From IMG/VR virus record IMGVR_UViG_3300028586_000376, positions 1 to 42,059 of that record: a DNA stretch of 42,059 bases; one strand, given 5' to 3'. A model generated the notes under the pieces. It was not told the DNA's origin and searched no databases. It saw only the letters and a list, made by a program, of their open reading frames with translations. Source of the DNA: a virus. Lineage: Duplodnaviria; Caudoviricetes. This document shows positions 25,705 through 35,677 of the stretch, in pieces (positions within the stretch are counted from its first letter, which is position 1; each line of letters begins with the position of its first letter). Position numbers and translations under genes: made by a program.

Positions 25705-28506
25705 TTGCGACAGGTCTTTCTAGCAGAAATTACAGCTTACGATCCACGCGAGGATAAACTCGTAACTCTCCGCATGTGCTCCGGTGGTCAGGGTCATGTA
25801 GCATTTCCTGAGTTTCCCGACGAGCAGTACATCCCCTGTATCGCATCCGCGCCTACCCAGACCCGCACGGTCACAGACAATGGCATTCCCGGTCAGATCA
25901 GTATTGATTACGGCGCTATTTCGATCCGTTTTACCCGTGATCACCGAAACACTCATTGGCGTCGATACGACTTCGACGGTTATCCCTGCCGCCTTCTCCA
26001 TGGCGAGTATGGCGCACCCTACAGCAGCTACAAACAGATCCCGGCTGGGCGCGTTGGCTCCCTTGATGTCCAGTCCGCAGGCCTTGGCGAACTGCCCCTT
26101 CTTGGTCCCGACGCCGAACTCAAGAAGGAAGTCCTGACTGTCACCTACGCAGGAACCGGCGGCGCACAGGGCCAGGAAGGCGACAAGGGCGTTCTCAAGC
26201 CTTTCGCCATCGGCCGGTGCGAGAACATCGAAGCCTTGCTCATCGATCCCGTAAATCTCATCTGGCAGTATCACGGCTACGGTCCAACGCAGGACGTAGA
26301 AGCCGTCTATGAGAACGCGCTGACGCTCGGTGGACCCAAGCTGATCGCTGAGAGCTACGAACAGTTGGCCAGTTACACGGCTGACGAACTACCGCCTGGC
26401 ACATGGGCAAAGGCCCCGGCTGTTGGCATGTACCGCTTTGGCGGCGAGCCGATCGGCAAGGTCACGGCTGATGTCATCGGCGCAGTGGATAACGGCGTTG
26501 CCCCCCGCAGCGTTGGTGCCATCTGCGCCTATATGCTGCGTCAATTTGGCGGTGTTCCTGCCTCCCTAATCGACATGGCATCAGCGGCTAAAATGGACCG
26601 CGATTTTCCTCACGAGTGGGGCCAGTACATCGATGCGCGGGCTAAGCCCGAGGACGCTGACGAAAACGAACCCAGCTACAGCGTTGGTGATTTCGTTCGC
26701 GAGGCCACGAGCCACGTAGCGGGCTACCTATTCGCAGACGCGTTGGGAGCGTGGCACTTTGGCCGCAACGTCTCGAGCAAGACGCCTATCGTTTTGCGCT
26801 CTGGCCGCAGCAGCAAGCCAGCCGTTATTGATATTGCTTCCCCGGCTACCACGACGCGCGTTCACAAGGTCCGCGTTGGTGGTCGTCGTTGCTTTTCCGT
26901 CCACAGCGATAGCGAAATCAGCAGTGCGTTGAAGGACGCTGTTGAGGGAACCCTAGAGGTTATCAACGGGGTCAAGCAGGACGTAAAAGAGGCCCAGGAC
27001 AACGCAAATGCGATCCGCCAGCAGCTTCCCGATCTTGTCGGCCCTCTGCTCAAGAAGCCCATCAACGAACTATCGGCGCTTCACCTCAAATATGGCGCGG
27101 CGCAGTTCAACACCACCCTCGCCCTCCATAACCAGAATCTCGTCGCTATCCGCGCTTTGGGCACCCGCATGGATGAGGATGGCAACGCGGTTGCCGAAGA
27201 CCTGCTCCAGCTAACCACAAGGGTCGATAAAGCGGAATCGGGCCTCATCGAAATCAATAGGACCGTTGCGGGCCTGGACTTCGCGACCGCCGAGGAGATT
27301 GACCAGAAAGTCGCCAACTTCGGCAAGGGCGTGACTGCTTGGCAGGTGGAAGAGCAGCGAGTTCGCAGCACCAAAGATACCGCGCTCGCCGAAGACATCA
27401 ACGCCATGGGCACGAGGATCACAAAGGAAGTTGGTGACATCAAAACCACCTATGACGGACAGTTTACAGATGTCAGGCGCCTCATTGTCGACGCCGCAGA
27501 CGGCACGATCAAAGCGGAAGATCTAGACCGCCTTGACCTTAAGCTGACCAAGGCCATTGGCGATGAGATTACCACGCGCGAGGTGGCAATCAGCAATGCC
27601 CGTGAGGCATGGGTCGAAGGCGACCGCGTAGTCGCGCAGACCGTCAACGAACTAGGCTCTCGCGTTACCCGCGAAGTCGATGGCGTGAAGACCACCACCG
27701 AAGCGGCAATCCGTGACGGCTTGAAAACCGTTGTGGATCAAGCTGGTGCTGCCACAGAGGCAGTCCGTGTCCTATCGAGCAGCGTCAACGGGCTGACCGG
27801 CCCCAACGGCGTCATTCAGGTCATTCAGGAAACTGAGGCGCGTAACGATGGCGCTCGTGCTCAGGAAACACGCAACCTCCAGAGCCGTCTAGACAACTTC
27901 AATGGCGCATCACTGGAACAGCAGTTCAGCACCTATGCCAACAAGGTCGATGGGGTTGGCGCTCAATACGTCTTGAAGGTCCAGACTGACAATAATGGCG
28001 TCCGCTCCATCGCGGGTATGGGCTTGGCGATTGACAATAATGTATCCGCGATTGCTTTTACCGCTGACAGCTTCCGCCTAACCACACCGGGCTCATTCCC
28101 ACAGCAGGTATTCTACGCAGACGCCGATGGCGTTTACATGCCTAATGTCACGGTGGACAAGCTCAAGGCTGGCGCGATTGATTTCGAGTTTATCAGCAAG
28201 CAGTCAATCCGCGATCCCAACGCTGGATATCAGGTCATGCCCGGTGGCCTGATTTTCATGTGGGGGCGTTTCCGTCAGGTCATTCGCAACGAAACCACCT
28301 TTTCGATCTCCTTCCCCATCGCATTCCCAAATCAGTGTCTCAGCTTCAACGCAACACCGTACCTCATCTACTTCAATAACGAACGTGACTTGTGGATTCA
28401 GAACATCGGACAGACCAGTCGGTTTGGCGCAACCGTTGCTACCCAGGCCGCTCGCCGTGACGATCAATATCTGGATGGCTTCGACTGGTTCGCGGTCGGG
28501 TTCTAA
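25705..28506 (+). CDS. Tail tip / host-specificity protein
   Basis: Tail-hub-like N-terminus, coiled-coil middle, AQYVLKVQ...IAGMGL...AFTADSF (DUF1983-like), GYQVMPGGLIFMWG...FPIAFPN (gp53-like) C-terminus. Confidence 0.8.
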   Translation: MRQVFLAEITAYDPREDKLVTLRMCSGGQGHVAFPEFPDEQYIPCIASAPTQTRTVTDNGIPGQISIDYGAISIRFTRDHRNTHWRRYDFDGYPCRLLHGEYGAPYSSYKQIPAGRVGSLDVQSAGLGELPLLGPDAELKKEVLTVTYAGTGGAQGQEGDKGVLKPFAIGRCENIEALLIDPVNLIWQYHGYGPTQDVEAVYENALTLGGPKLIAESYEQLASYTADELPPGTWAKAPAVGMYRFGGEPIGKVTADVIGAVDNGVAPRSVGAICAYMLRQFGGVPASLIDMASAAKMDRDFPHEWGQYIDARAKPEDADENEPSYSVGDFVREATSHVAGYLFADALGAWHFGRNVSSKTPIVLRSGRSSKPAVIDIASPATTTRVHKVRVGGRRCFSVHSDSEISSALKDAVEGTLEVINGVKQDVKEAQDNANAIRQQLPDLVGPLLKKPINELSALHLKYGAAQFNTTLALHNQNLVAIRALGTRMDEDGNAVAEDLLQLTTRVDKAESGLIEINRTVAGLDFATAEEIDQKVANFGKGVTAWQVEEQRVRSTKDTALAEDINAMGTRITKEVGDIKTTYDGQFTDVRRLIVDAADGTIKAEDLDRLDLKLTKAIGDEITTREVAISNAREAWVEGDRVVAQTVNELGSRVTREVDGVKTTTEAAIRDGLKTVVDQAGAATEAVRVLSSSVNGLTGPNGVIQVIQETEARNDGARAQETRNLQSRLDNFNGASLEQQFSTYANKVDGVGAQYVLKVQTDNNGVRSIAGMGLAIDNNVSAIAFTADSFRLTTPGSFPQQVFYADADGVYMPNVTVDKLKAGAIDFEFISKQSIRDPNAGYQVMPGGLIFMWGRFRQVIRNETTFSISFPIAFPNQCLSFNATPYLIYFNNERDLWIQNIGQTSRFGATVATQAARRDDQYLDGFDWFAVGF

Positions 28507-28518
28507 GGCAAACGAGCA

Positions 28519-28552
28519 CTCCCGCTAAATATCGGAAACGAATTAGCGGGAG
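28519..28552 (+). promoter_or_regulatory. TAAATA (28526) within RBS-occluding hairpin (tail fibre)
   Basis: CTCCCGCTAA 28519-28528 pairs with TTAGCGGGAG 28543-28552. Confidence 0.75.
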
Positions 28553-28562
28553 AGCCGACCAA

Positions 28563-31500
28563 ATGGCATTTGAATATGAGGACAGCGGCTCAGTAAATCT
28601 GGTAGGCGGCTCCACTGAAGTTACAGGCAATAATACTAACTGGGTTGTCAATTATGATGGCATCGCGCTCAACATCGCTGGTCTCAGCTATCCCGTGCGC
28701 AGCATTGACGCACGGAACCGACTGACCCTCAAAGAGCCTTACACCGGCCCCAGCGTCAGCAATGTCAGCTACACCTTCCTGCCATTGGCCAACGAGGTAT
28801 ATTCGCTGTCCGGTCAGGTCGCGACAGTGCTTGAGCGAGCTGGCGAATTGATTGACGCCAAGGTCGGCCCGGCTGGTCCAGCAGGTCAGCAAGGCCCCGC
28901 AGGTCCCAGCGGCAAGAACGGCGACGCGGGCTTCGGCGCAATTACCAATTTCACTGAATACACCGGCCAGCCAGCAGGCGGCAGCGGCGTCTATATGATC
29001 GTCCCTGTTGCTCAGGGCGAACCAGGCATCACGCTCACTCAGAGCGCGAAGGTCATTCTCCCCCGTGACAAAGCAAACGCAGGCATTGGCTTGTGGATCA
29101 ACGCCACGACGAGCGGCTACGCGATCACCCTCGGACTCAGCAACGCACCTGAACCCCAGCCAGACGTTCCGACTGAACCCGTCGATTTGTCCGGTAGCAG
29201 CACCATCTATGGCGCTCCCGGCACGATCATTCCTCTTGGTATCACTCTGGGTGGCAGCACGGCCAGCTTTACGGTCAACCGTCCCGAAGAACTGCCCATC
29301 ATGATCGAGCGCAAGGTCGATATCGTCACCCCTACCAGCAGCCAGTGGACGCTTGGCGGTTCGGGCGCTCCCTATGTGGTGAGCGGCAACGCCGTCAGCA
29401 GCACCGCAGGCTTGAACAAGAACGGCACAGGCTTTGATTTCCGCAACGGTCACGTCGTCGTCAACCAGGGCAGCTACCTGTTCAGCCAGGCACTGGCCTT
29501 GGATTTCAAGACGAGCAGCAATGACATCGTAACCCAGACTCCACCGTCGATGCGTCTCAGCTTCAAGGGTGTCGTTCCTGCCGGTGCCATGGAGCCAATT
29601 CTCGCAAACGTGCTCGACTACAGCACGGGCGGCATGACGCTGAAAACCTACTGGCAGGGCAGCACCCTACAGCTACAGCTTCATCGCAACGGCTCGACCG
29701 AAAATATCATCAGCCCCGAGGCTCCCTCGCGCATTCTCGGCACCAATCAGCTTTACGAAGCAGAGTGGAACGACAACCCCGGCGGCGTCGGCGGTACGGT
29801 TACGTTCTACGTGGACGGACAGCAGATTGGTTCGCCGGTCGCCACGACTAGCAAGCCCCGTGTCGCGGCAGCGGCTTCGTTGGAAATCAACGCATCGGTG
29901 GGCAACACCTCGCAGAGCATCAACAACCTGGAAATTGAGTATGTGAAGGTCGGCGCAGGCAAGCCCGGTATCCGCAGTGACTACGTGACGGTCAGCGATG
30001 GCCCGATCAGCGCGGCCGATCTTGAGTCCCTTGTAGTTGATGCGCGAGCACTCACGGGCAACCAGACTGCGCGACACCTGACCTACACGGCCAACGGCTC
30101 GCAGATGTATGACATCGAAATTGTCGTCGGTGAAATGGTGCTGCCAGCCGGTCGCGCATACAAAGCGGTTCTTGAGGATTGGTCGAGCGGATCGGCTGTT
30201 GAGCATCCCAACCACCTCGTCATGACCAAGGCCAGCGCGCAGAATTGTAAGTTCGAGGACGCTCCGCTGTATGGTTCGCAAGCCACCTGGACCGAGGTTT
30301 TGCCGCAGGGTCCTGTACCCAATATCAACGGCATCAACTACTATTGCGAGGGCATTCGCATGGGTACGTATGTCCAGTTCCAGTTTGGCTACGACTGGGA
30401 CACCAACACCATGCCGAGCGCGCCCTTTGGCGATCCATCGGGCAAGGACAGCTACATGGTCCCCCATAAGTGGAAGATCATCGACAACGCCGGTACGCTG
30501 CTGGCGCGCATCGAGAAGCCAAACGGCGAGCCGCTGAACAGCAACAGCTCTCCCGCTACGTGGCAGGGCACTTACGATGGCCGCGGCGTGGCACAGATCA
30601 CGACGGCCAACCCTTGGTATCCACATGGTACCGTACGCAGCGGCGTCATCTGGCGCAGTCACGATCCCGTGGCTTACACCCAGCAGCAGGTCTGGAACAC
30701 GGTTCCGGTTTACGACTTCCGTGTTCCGTTCGCGTCCAAGACCGGCTTTTCGGTTAACGGCGGCGACATGCGTATCTTTGGCGACGGTCAGGCTAACGGC
30801 TTCGCGAACTACCGCGTTATGTCGTGGGAGCAGACCACGTACCTGGACATTCAGGCGCAGGCACAGGCCACCAAGGACCCCTGGAAGGGCGGTGTCTACA
30901 ACCCCGATGGCGCAGTACCCAACGCAGGCGTCTGGCTAAAATACACTCCATTCAACCAGATGGGCCGATCGCCGATTACCGGTCCTGGCGGTACGCGCGA
31001 TGATCGTCAGATCATGCCGGAAATGGTTGCCCTATATGCCCGCGATGTGAACGCAAAGCGTCCGCACGACGAGCGATCCATGAAGCAAATCGCGCTCGAC
31101 TACCTCACCGGCTATGTCAGCGATCCATATCACGCCTTTGAGAACGGCAGGAATAAGCCGCTCTACAAGGGCAACATGCGCCGCAATATCACGATGCGTA
31201 ACCACTACTATGGACCGGGACAGGCAGCTACCCCGGCAAGCCAAGCCTTCTACGTTCAGGGTGGTCGCCCTTACGAATGGTCCAGCGGTAGCAGCCCACT
31301 TCGAGTGAAGGTGCCCTACGGTGGCGTCAATCCAACGAAGCCCATCTTCGGTACCAACCAGATTGACGAAGCACACGGCCATCAGCTTCCCCATTGGGGC
31401 TCGCTGCTATTCCAGACGCCTGAATTTGCGTTCTTGGGCCACAGGTTCTTCGATCAGGTCAAGCTCTACGACAACGTGATTCTAGGCAAGAGCGACAGCA

Positions 31501-32336
31501 ACAAGGAATTCGCTGAGCGTGGCGCAGCTTGGAAATTCCTCCAGACTGCCATGGCGTGGAAGACCGCTTCGAATAACTCGGATCGCCTCTACAGCCGTGC
31601 CGATGTCATGGACTTCATCACCTTTGATTTTGAGGTATTCTACGACACTTGGTATGCGACCGATCCCGGCTTCCTAAACCCGCCAACCAACATCATGACT
31701 GGTGGCCAGTATGATCCGACCAAGGCGGTGTTCGCAGGCGCAGCGCGTTTCGGCCCATGTAAAGCTGATGGTGAAGTCGACGGACTCTTCGCTCACGACT
31801 TCTACGCTGGCTACTGGCTGAGCGCGCTTCACGTAACAGAACGTCTTGGTTTCAATGACGCTCTTCGCGATGCCTCTCCCAAGGTCAAGGCAGTCATCGA
31901 CTGGCTACTGGCGTGCCACCGGAAGCGCATTGTTGGCCGTACCAATGACGGCGCGCTTATCAACGGCACCGGCTCTGACTATCTCACCCAATACTGGTCC
32001 CCCGCCGAGATCTACGCGGCTAAGGGTGATGTGACGAAGCTACACCAGAATATGGCAGCAGTCGCAGTCGCACGTCCGGCACCAAGCTGGGACACCTACA
32101 AGCCGGGCAACACCCCTGAACTGCGCGATGGTCAGGCAATGGACCAGCTTCTCGCCGGTCCCGCACTACTCAAGGATATGGGTATGAGCGGAGCCGACTT
32201 GGACAAGGCAGTGACGACCGCCGAGCAGCGTTTCCAGGAGAAGCTGACAAGCGAGACTGCCAAGGGAGCGGGACAGGCAGGTGTCGACTGGTTCAGATAT
32301 CACCAAGCAACCAACAACAGGCCCGTGAGGCCCTAA
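28563..32336 (+). CDS. Large tail fibre/spike protein
   Basis: GSV....GSTEVTGNNTNW fibre N-terminus, short collagen repeat, lectin-like VTFYVDGQQIG region, large aromatic-rich C-terminal domain. Confidence 0.75.
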   Translation: MAFEYEDSGSVNLVGGSTEVTGNNTNWVVNYDGIALNIAGLSYPVRSIDARNRLTLKEPYTGPSVSNVSYTFLPLANEVYSLSGQVATVLERAGELIDAKVGPAGPAGQQGPAGPSGKNGDAGFGAITNFTEYTGQPAGGSGVYMIVPVAQGEPGITLTQSAKVILPRDKANAGIGLWINATTSGYAITLGLSNAPEPQPDVPTEPVDLSGSSTIYGAPGTIIPLGITLGGSTASFTVNRPEELPIMIERKVDIVTPTSSQWTLGGSGAPYVVSGNAVSSTAGLNKNGTGFDFRNGHVVVNQGSYLFSQALALDFKTSSNDIVTQTPPSMRLSFKGVVPAGAMEPILANVLDYSTGGMTLKTYWQGSTLQLQLHRNGSTENIISPEAPSRILGTNQLYEAEWNDNPGGVGGTVTFYVDGQQIGSPVATTSKPRVAAAASLEINASVGNTSQSINNLEIEYVKVGAGKPGIRSDYVTVSDGPISAADLESLVVDARALTGNQTARHLTYTANGSQMYDIEIVVGEMVLPAGRAYKAVLEDWSSGSAVEHPNHLVMTKASAQNCKFEDAPLYGSQATWTEVLPQGPVPNINGINYYCEGIRMGTYVQFQFGYDWDTNTMPSAPFGDPSGKDSYMVPHKWKIIDNAGTLLARIEKPNGEPLNSNSSPATWQGTYDGRGVAQITTANPWYPHGTVRSGVIWRSHDPVAYTQQQVWNTVPVYDFRVPFASKTGFSVNGGDMRIFGDGQANGFANYRVMSWEQTTYLDIQAQAQATKDPWKGGVYNPDGAVPNAGVWLKYTPFNQMGRSPITGPGGTRDDRQIMPEMVALYARDVNAKRPHDERSMKQIALDYLTGYVSDPYHAFENGRNKPLYKGNMRRNITMRNHYYGPGQAATPASQAFYVQGGRPYEWSSGSSPLRVKVPYGGVNPTKPIFGTNQIDEAHGHQLPHWGSLLFQTPEFAFLGHRFFDQVKLYDNVILGKSDSNKEFAERGAAWKFLQTAMAWKTASNNSDRLYSRADVMDFITFDFEVFYDTWYATDPGFLNPPTNIMTGGQYDPTKAVFAGAARFGPCKADGEVDGLFAHDFYAGYWLSALHVTERLGFNDALRDASPKVKAVIDWLLACHRKRIVGRTNDGALINGTGSDYLTQYWSPAEIYAAKGDVTKLHQNMAAVAVARPAPSWDTYKPGNTPELRDGQAMDQLLAGPALLKDMGMSGADLDKAVTTAEQRFQEKLTSETAKGAGQAGVDWFRYHQATNNRPVRP

Positions 32337-32351
32337 GAGCCGGTATCCAAC

Positions 32352-32382
32352 TAAATATCCGTGATAACTGCGAGGTCACGGA
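32352..32382 (+). promoter_or_regulatory. TAAATA plus hairpin abutting the start codon
   Basis: TCCGTGA 32358-32364 pairs with TCACGGA 32376-32382; ATG at 32383. Confidence 0.65.
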
Positions 32383-32736
32383 ATGGCGTTGGATACTACT
32401 CCTATTGAACTACGAGCATATAATCCCGCGTCCGCTGGATCATTGGTCTTCAACCGGATTTGGGGGCTGGTCACTCAGGGTGAGCCAGTCTCCCATTCAA
32501 TTGTTGAAGCCTTCTTTCACGTGCGTGACAATGGCCGCACCAAGCTAGAGCTATCGCTTGGCAAGGGCCTGACTTGGGATGACGCAGCCAAGTCTATTCA
32601 CATCCAGATCACCAATGAACAAGTGGCTTTCATCCGGGCGACGTCTGAGATGGATTACAGCTTCTATGTCGTTTGGGATCATGGCGCGGTCCAGACCCTC
32701 AAAGAAGGAACCGTAACAGCGGTCAAGGTGGCCTAA
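32383..32736 (+). CDS. Small beta-rich tail accessory protein (BppU-like)
   Basis: Ends YSFYVVW...TLKEGTVT; precedes the collagen fibre gene. Confidence 0.55.
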   Translation: MALDTTPIELRAYNPASAGSLVFNRIWGLVTQGEPVSHSIVEAFFHVRDNGRTKLELSLGKGLTWDDAAKSIHIQITNEQVAFIRATSEMDYSFYVVWDHGAVQTLKEGTVTAVKVA

Positions 32737-32738
32737 AC

Positions 32739-34541
32739 ATGAGTTCGGGAAAAGAAGTCGGGATCACCGACCTGCTCGCAGAAGCTGAATACGAAGTCCT
32801 GGAAGTAGCAGCCGGTCTGGTGTCAGTGCCCGGTCCACAGGGCGAGACCGGTCCTGCCGGTCAACCCGGTCCCGCTGGTCCTGCCGGCCGTGACGGTATG
32901 GATGGTCGTGATGGCGTTGACGGACTGCCCGGTCGCGATGGACTGGACGGACTTGATGGAGCTCGTGGCCCCGCTGGTATCGACGGCATTGATGGCCAGA
33001 ACGGCAAGAATGGTGCCGACGGTCAACGCGGTCCAGCAGGCGCGGATGGCCAGCCGGGAGCAAAGGGCGACAAAGGCGACGCAGGAACGAATGGCCGCGA
33101 TGGCGTTGATGGCGCAATCGGACCGGCTTCTACAGTTCCAGGTCCTAAGGGCGACAAGGGCGATAGTGGTCCAGCAGGACCAGCCGGAGCCGATGGCCAG
33201 CCAGGGGCAAAAGGCGACAAGGGCGATCCCGGCGCGACTGGACCAAAGGGCGACACTGGCCTCCCCGGTGAGACCGGCGCACAGGGTCCACAAGGGCCTA
33301 CCGGCCCCGCTGGCGCAACTGGTCCTACCGGTGACGCAGGCCCTAAGGGTGACGCTGGCGCACCCGGCGCCAAGGGTGACACGGGCGCGACCGGACCAAA
33401 GGGTGATACCGGAGCGACCGGCCCAACTGGCGCAGCAGGAGCCAACGGCACCAACGGCACGAATGGCGCGAATGGACAAGGCGTACCGAGCGGCGGTGCT
33501 GCTGGTCAGGTGCTGAGTAAGGTCAACGCTACCGACTACAATACCGCCTGGGTCACACCAGAAGGCGGCGGCACGACGGGCGGACTGCCCACGGGCGGCA
33601 CGGCGAACCAGTTCCTCATCAAGACCAGCGCCACAGATTATGCGGCTAGCTGGCAGACCAAGACCCTCTTGGCGACAAACGGCAGCGGCAGGGAAGTTCA
33701 GTTTAGGAATGGCGCGTCGCTCGCCGCAGCAAGCAAGGTGTCGATCAACGCAGACGGCAACCTGTTCCTCGCCAACGATCTAGTGGTTCGTCAGGCACTC
33801 GTCGCCAACCGCAGCTACCTGAGCGTCAGCGATCAGTACAATCTACAGACCCAGTTCCCCCTTGGTATCTCGCACGGCTTTAGCACCCAGCGTGAGTGGC
33901 TGGCGCATGGCGAGAACCTGAGCATCTACACCAAGGCCTTTGATGCCACGTATCAGGGCACTGCCGTTCCCGTAGCTATGGGACCAACTGCTCAGACTGC
34001 CGAGCCTCAGATCACTTACGAGACGGCGGCTACGGCAGGTTCAGTGGCCTCGATGGTGTGCGGAAATCCGGTGATCAAATCGACCACTTCGGGCGTCGGC
34101 GGGCATTTCGTCACGCTGCGCCTTCGCATCCCTGCTTGGACTGCTGGTCAGCGTTGGTTCGTGGGTTTGGTCGCGGACAGCAATGCTCCCGTTGACCAGG
34201 ACCCAAGCGCACTAACGAATTTCATCGGCTTTGGCGTCAACAGCGGTGACACAAATGTCCAGTACATGACGCGCACCACTGGCGCACTGACCAAGTCCGA
34301 CATTAACATGCCAGCCGCTATCGGCAACACGTTCTACACGTTCATGTTTTACACACCTGTTGGCCTAGCAAACACAACTGCCACCGTCATCAGCGACGTT
34401 TACAACATGGGTGGCAGCACGACTGCCCTGCCAGATGGCAAGTATTACCTCAAAGTCTACATGGGCAGCGGCGCGGTAGCTACCAAGGCAGCAATCAGCA
34501 TCAGCCGTGGCTACATCGAAAATCTGTATAACAAACTCTAA
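32739..34541 (+). CDS. Collagen-like tail fibre protein
   Basis: Long Gly-X-Y run, two GG.AGQVL.K....DY...W repeats, globular C-terminus. Confidence 0.85.
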   Translation: MSSGKEVGITDLLAEAEYEVLEVAAGLVSVPGPQGETGPAGQPGPAGPAGRDGMDGRDGVDGLPGRDGLDGLDGARGPAGIDGIDGQNGKNGADGQRGPAGADGQPGAKGDKGDAGTNGRDGVDGAIGPASTVPGPKGDKGDSGPAGPAGADGQPGAKGDKGDPGATGPKGDTGLPGETGAQGPQGPTGPAGATGPTGDAGPKGDAGAPGAKGDTGATGPKGDTGATGPTGAAGANGTNGTNGANGQGVPSGGAAGQVLSKVNATDYNTAWVTPEGGGTTGGLPTGGTANQFLIKTSATDYAASWQTKTLLATNGSGREVQFRNGASLAAASKVSINADGNLFLANDLVVRQALVANRSYLSVSDQYNLQTQFPLGISHGFSTQREWLAHGENLSIYTKAFDATYQGTAVPVAMGPTAQTAEPQITYETAATAGSVASMVCGNPVIKSTTSGVGGHFVTLRLRIPAWTAGQRWFVGLVADSNAPVDQDPSALTNFIGFGVNSGDTNVQYMTRTTGALTKSDINMPAAIGNTFYTFMFYTPVGLANTTATVISDVYNMGGSTTALPDGKYYLKVYMGSGAVATKAAISISRGYIENLYNKL

Positions 34542-34573
34542 CGGAGGGGATTGCCACTGGCGTCCAATACCAA

Positions 34574-34708
34574 ATGACGGGAGCAAAGCTAACGAAGCTG
34601 GCCAAGGCCATCATTTCCAACCCGATTGTCCGGGTTGCGGCAGATCGCATCTTTGATGTGGCATTGAACAAGCTGATTGAGGCGAAGCTAAACAGGGCCA
34701 AGCGGTAA
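34574..34708 (+). CDS. Small amphipathic basic peptide (44 aa, MTGAKLTKLAKAIISNP...)
   Basis: Translated by hand; fills the gap between flanking plus-strand genes. Confidence 0.5.
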   Translation: MTGAKLTKLAKAIISNPIVRVAADRIFDVALNKLIEAKLNRAKR

Positions 34709-34713
34709 CTGAT

Positions 34714-35211
34714 ATGCCGCATGGTCCTTTTCCAGCTAGTTTCGACGGCTCACCGTTGCTGTTCGGATGGGCGCTTTTCAGCCTCATCCTTATGCCGTCA
34801 CTCGCGTTGATGATCGGCGGATACCTTGGCCGAGATTTGTGGAAGGATCGCAGGCGCGGCGTCGATGCCGTGTCGGCGCTCAGAAGCCTCGTCGCTGCTG
34901 TCTGTACGGCTGTCGTCCTGCGATGCGTACCCGAGGTGATTTACATGATCGCATACGCGGAAGCCTCGCAACCTACGATTGCCTCGATCCTCACGGTCAA
35001 ACGCGTCTGCGATATCCTCAGCCTCGGTCCCGTGATCTTCTGGATGGGCACGTTCTGGCTTTGGTATCCAGACATCGTGCTCAAGCTGCGCTCACCTGTT
35101 GCGCTCGTCTGGGCTGATAACCGCTGGCCGCGCCTTGGACGCTTTGCCGGAGTGTCGTTCCTATGCGCGGCCTTTGCCGCATCAGTCGCGCTTGGGCGCG
35201 CTTTCTCTTAA
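34714..35211 (+). CDS. Multi-pass membrane protein (lysis-region candidate)
   Basis: About 4 hydrophobic segments. Confidence 0.7.
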   Translation: MPHGPFPASFDGSPLLFGWALFSLILMPSLALMIGGYLGRDLWKDRRRGVDAVSALRSLVAAVCTAVVLRCVPEVIYMIAYAEASQPTIASILTVKRVCDILSLGPVIFWMGTFWLWYPDIVLKLRSPVALVWADNRWPRLGRFAGVSFLCAAFAASVALGRAFS

Positions 35212-35214
35212 ATA
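35209..35214 (+). promoter_or_regulatory. TAAATA motif before the holin-like gene (leaderless spacing)
   Basis: TAAATA-CGGTA-GTG. Confidence 0.65.
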
Positions 35215-35219
35215 CGGTA

Positions 35220-35618
35220 GTGTTCGACCGCATCAGCCTATCCGGCCTCGTCCTCACGTCGGCTGGTACGGCGGGGCTGGCGACGGCGCAAACCACCACG
35301 CCTTATGAGGTTTGGGCACCGCTCATGTGCGGCTGTCTCGCGGCTCTCATTGTCCGTGGCATCTCGATTACCACCCCCAGCAAAAAGAAGCGCTACATGG
35401 TCTTTGAGATCCTCGTGACGCTTCTATCCGTACTGCTCACGGGCACGGTCATCTACGACCGCCAATACACGATCATGTACGCCACATTCACGGGCATGGG
35501 CATCGGCGCACTCGGCGTCGGCGTCATCGGCATGGCACGTTCATGGGCAAAGACAATGCTCCAGAATCTCGCTAGAAGCTACCTAGCCGCCAGCGATCCC
35601 AAAAAGCCTGGCACCTGA
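35220..35618 (+). CDS. Putative holin-like membrane protein
   Basis: About 3 TM segments and a basic tail; GTG 5 nt after TAAATA. Confidence 0.6.
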   Translation: MFDRISLSGLVLTSAGTAGLATAQTTTPYEVWAPLMCGCLAALIVRGISITTPSKKKRYMVFEILVTLLSVLLTGTVIYDRQYTIMYATFTGMGIGALGVGVIGMARSWAKTMLQNLARSYLAASDPKKPGT

Positions 35619-35625
35619 CATAGCA

Positions 35626-35656
35626 AAGCCCGCCACTCACTCCGAGTGGCCGGCTT
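35626..35656. terminator. Hairpin between convergent genes
   Basis: AAGCCCGCCACTC / GAGTGGCCGGCTT. Confidence 0.6.
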
Positions 35657-35677
35657 CGTCGTGCTACCGTCTATTAG

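Noticed and set aside
32830-33480. Dense short repeats and long ORFs on several frames
   Set aside because: Explained by Gly-X-Y collagen coding; not a CRISPR array, and the overlapping ORFs are shadows.
25705-34541. Diversity-generating retroelement or shufflon at the tail fibres
   Set aside because: No reverse transcriptase, template/variable repeat pair or inverted fibre cassettes seen.
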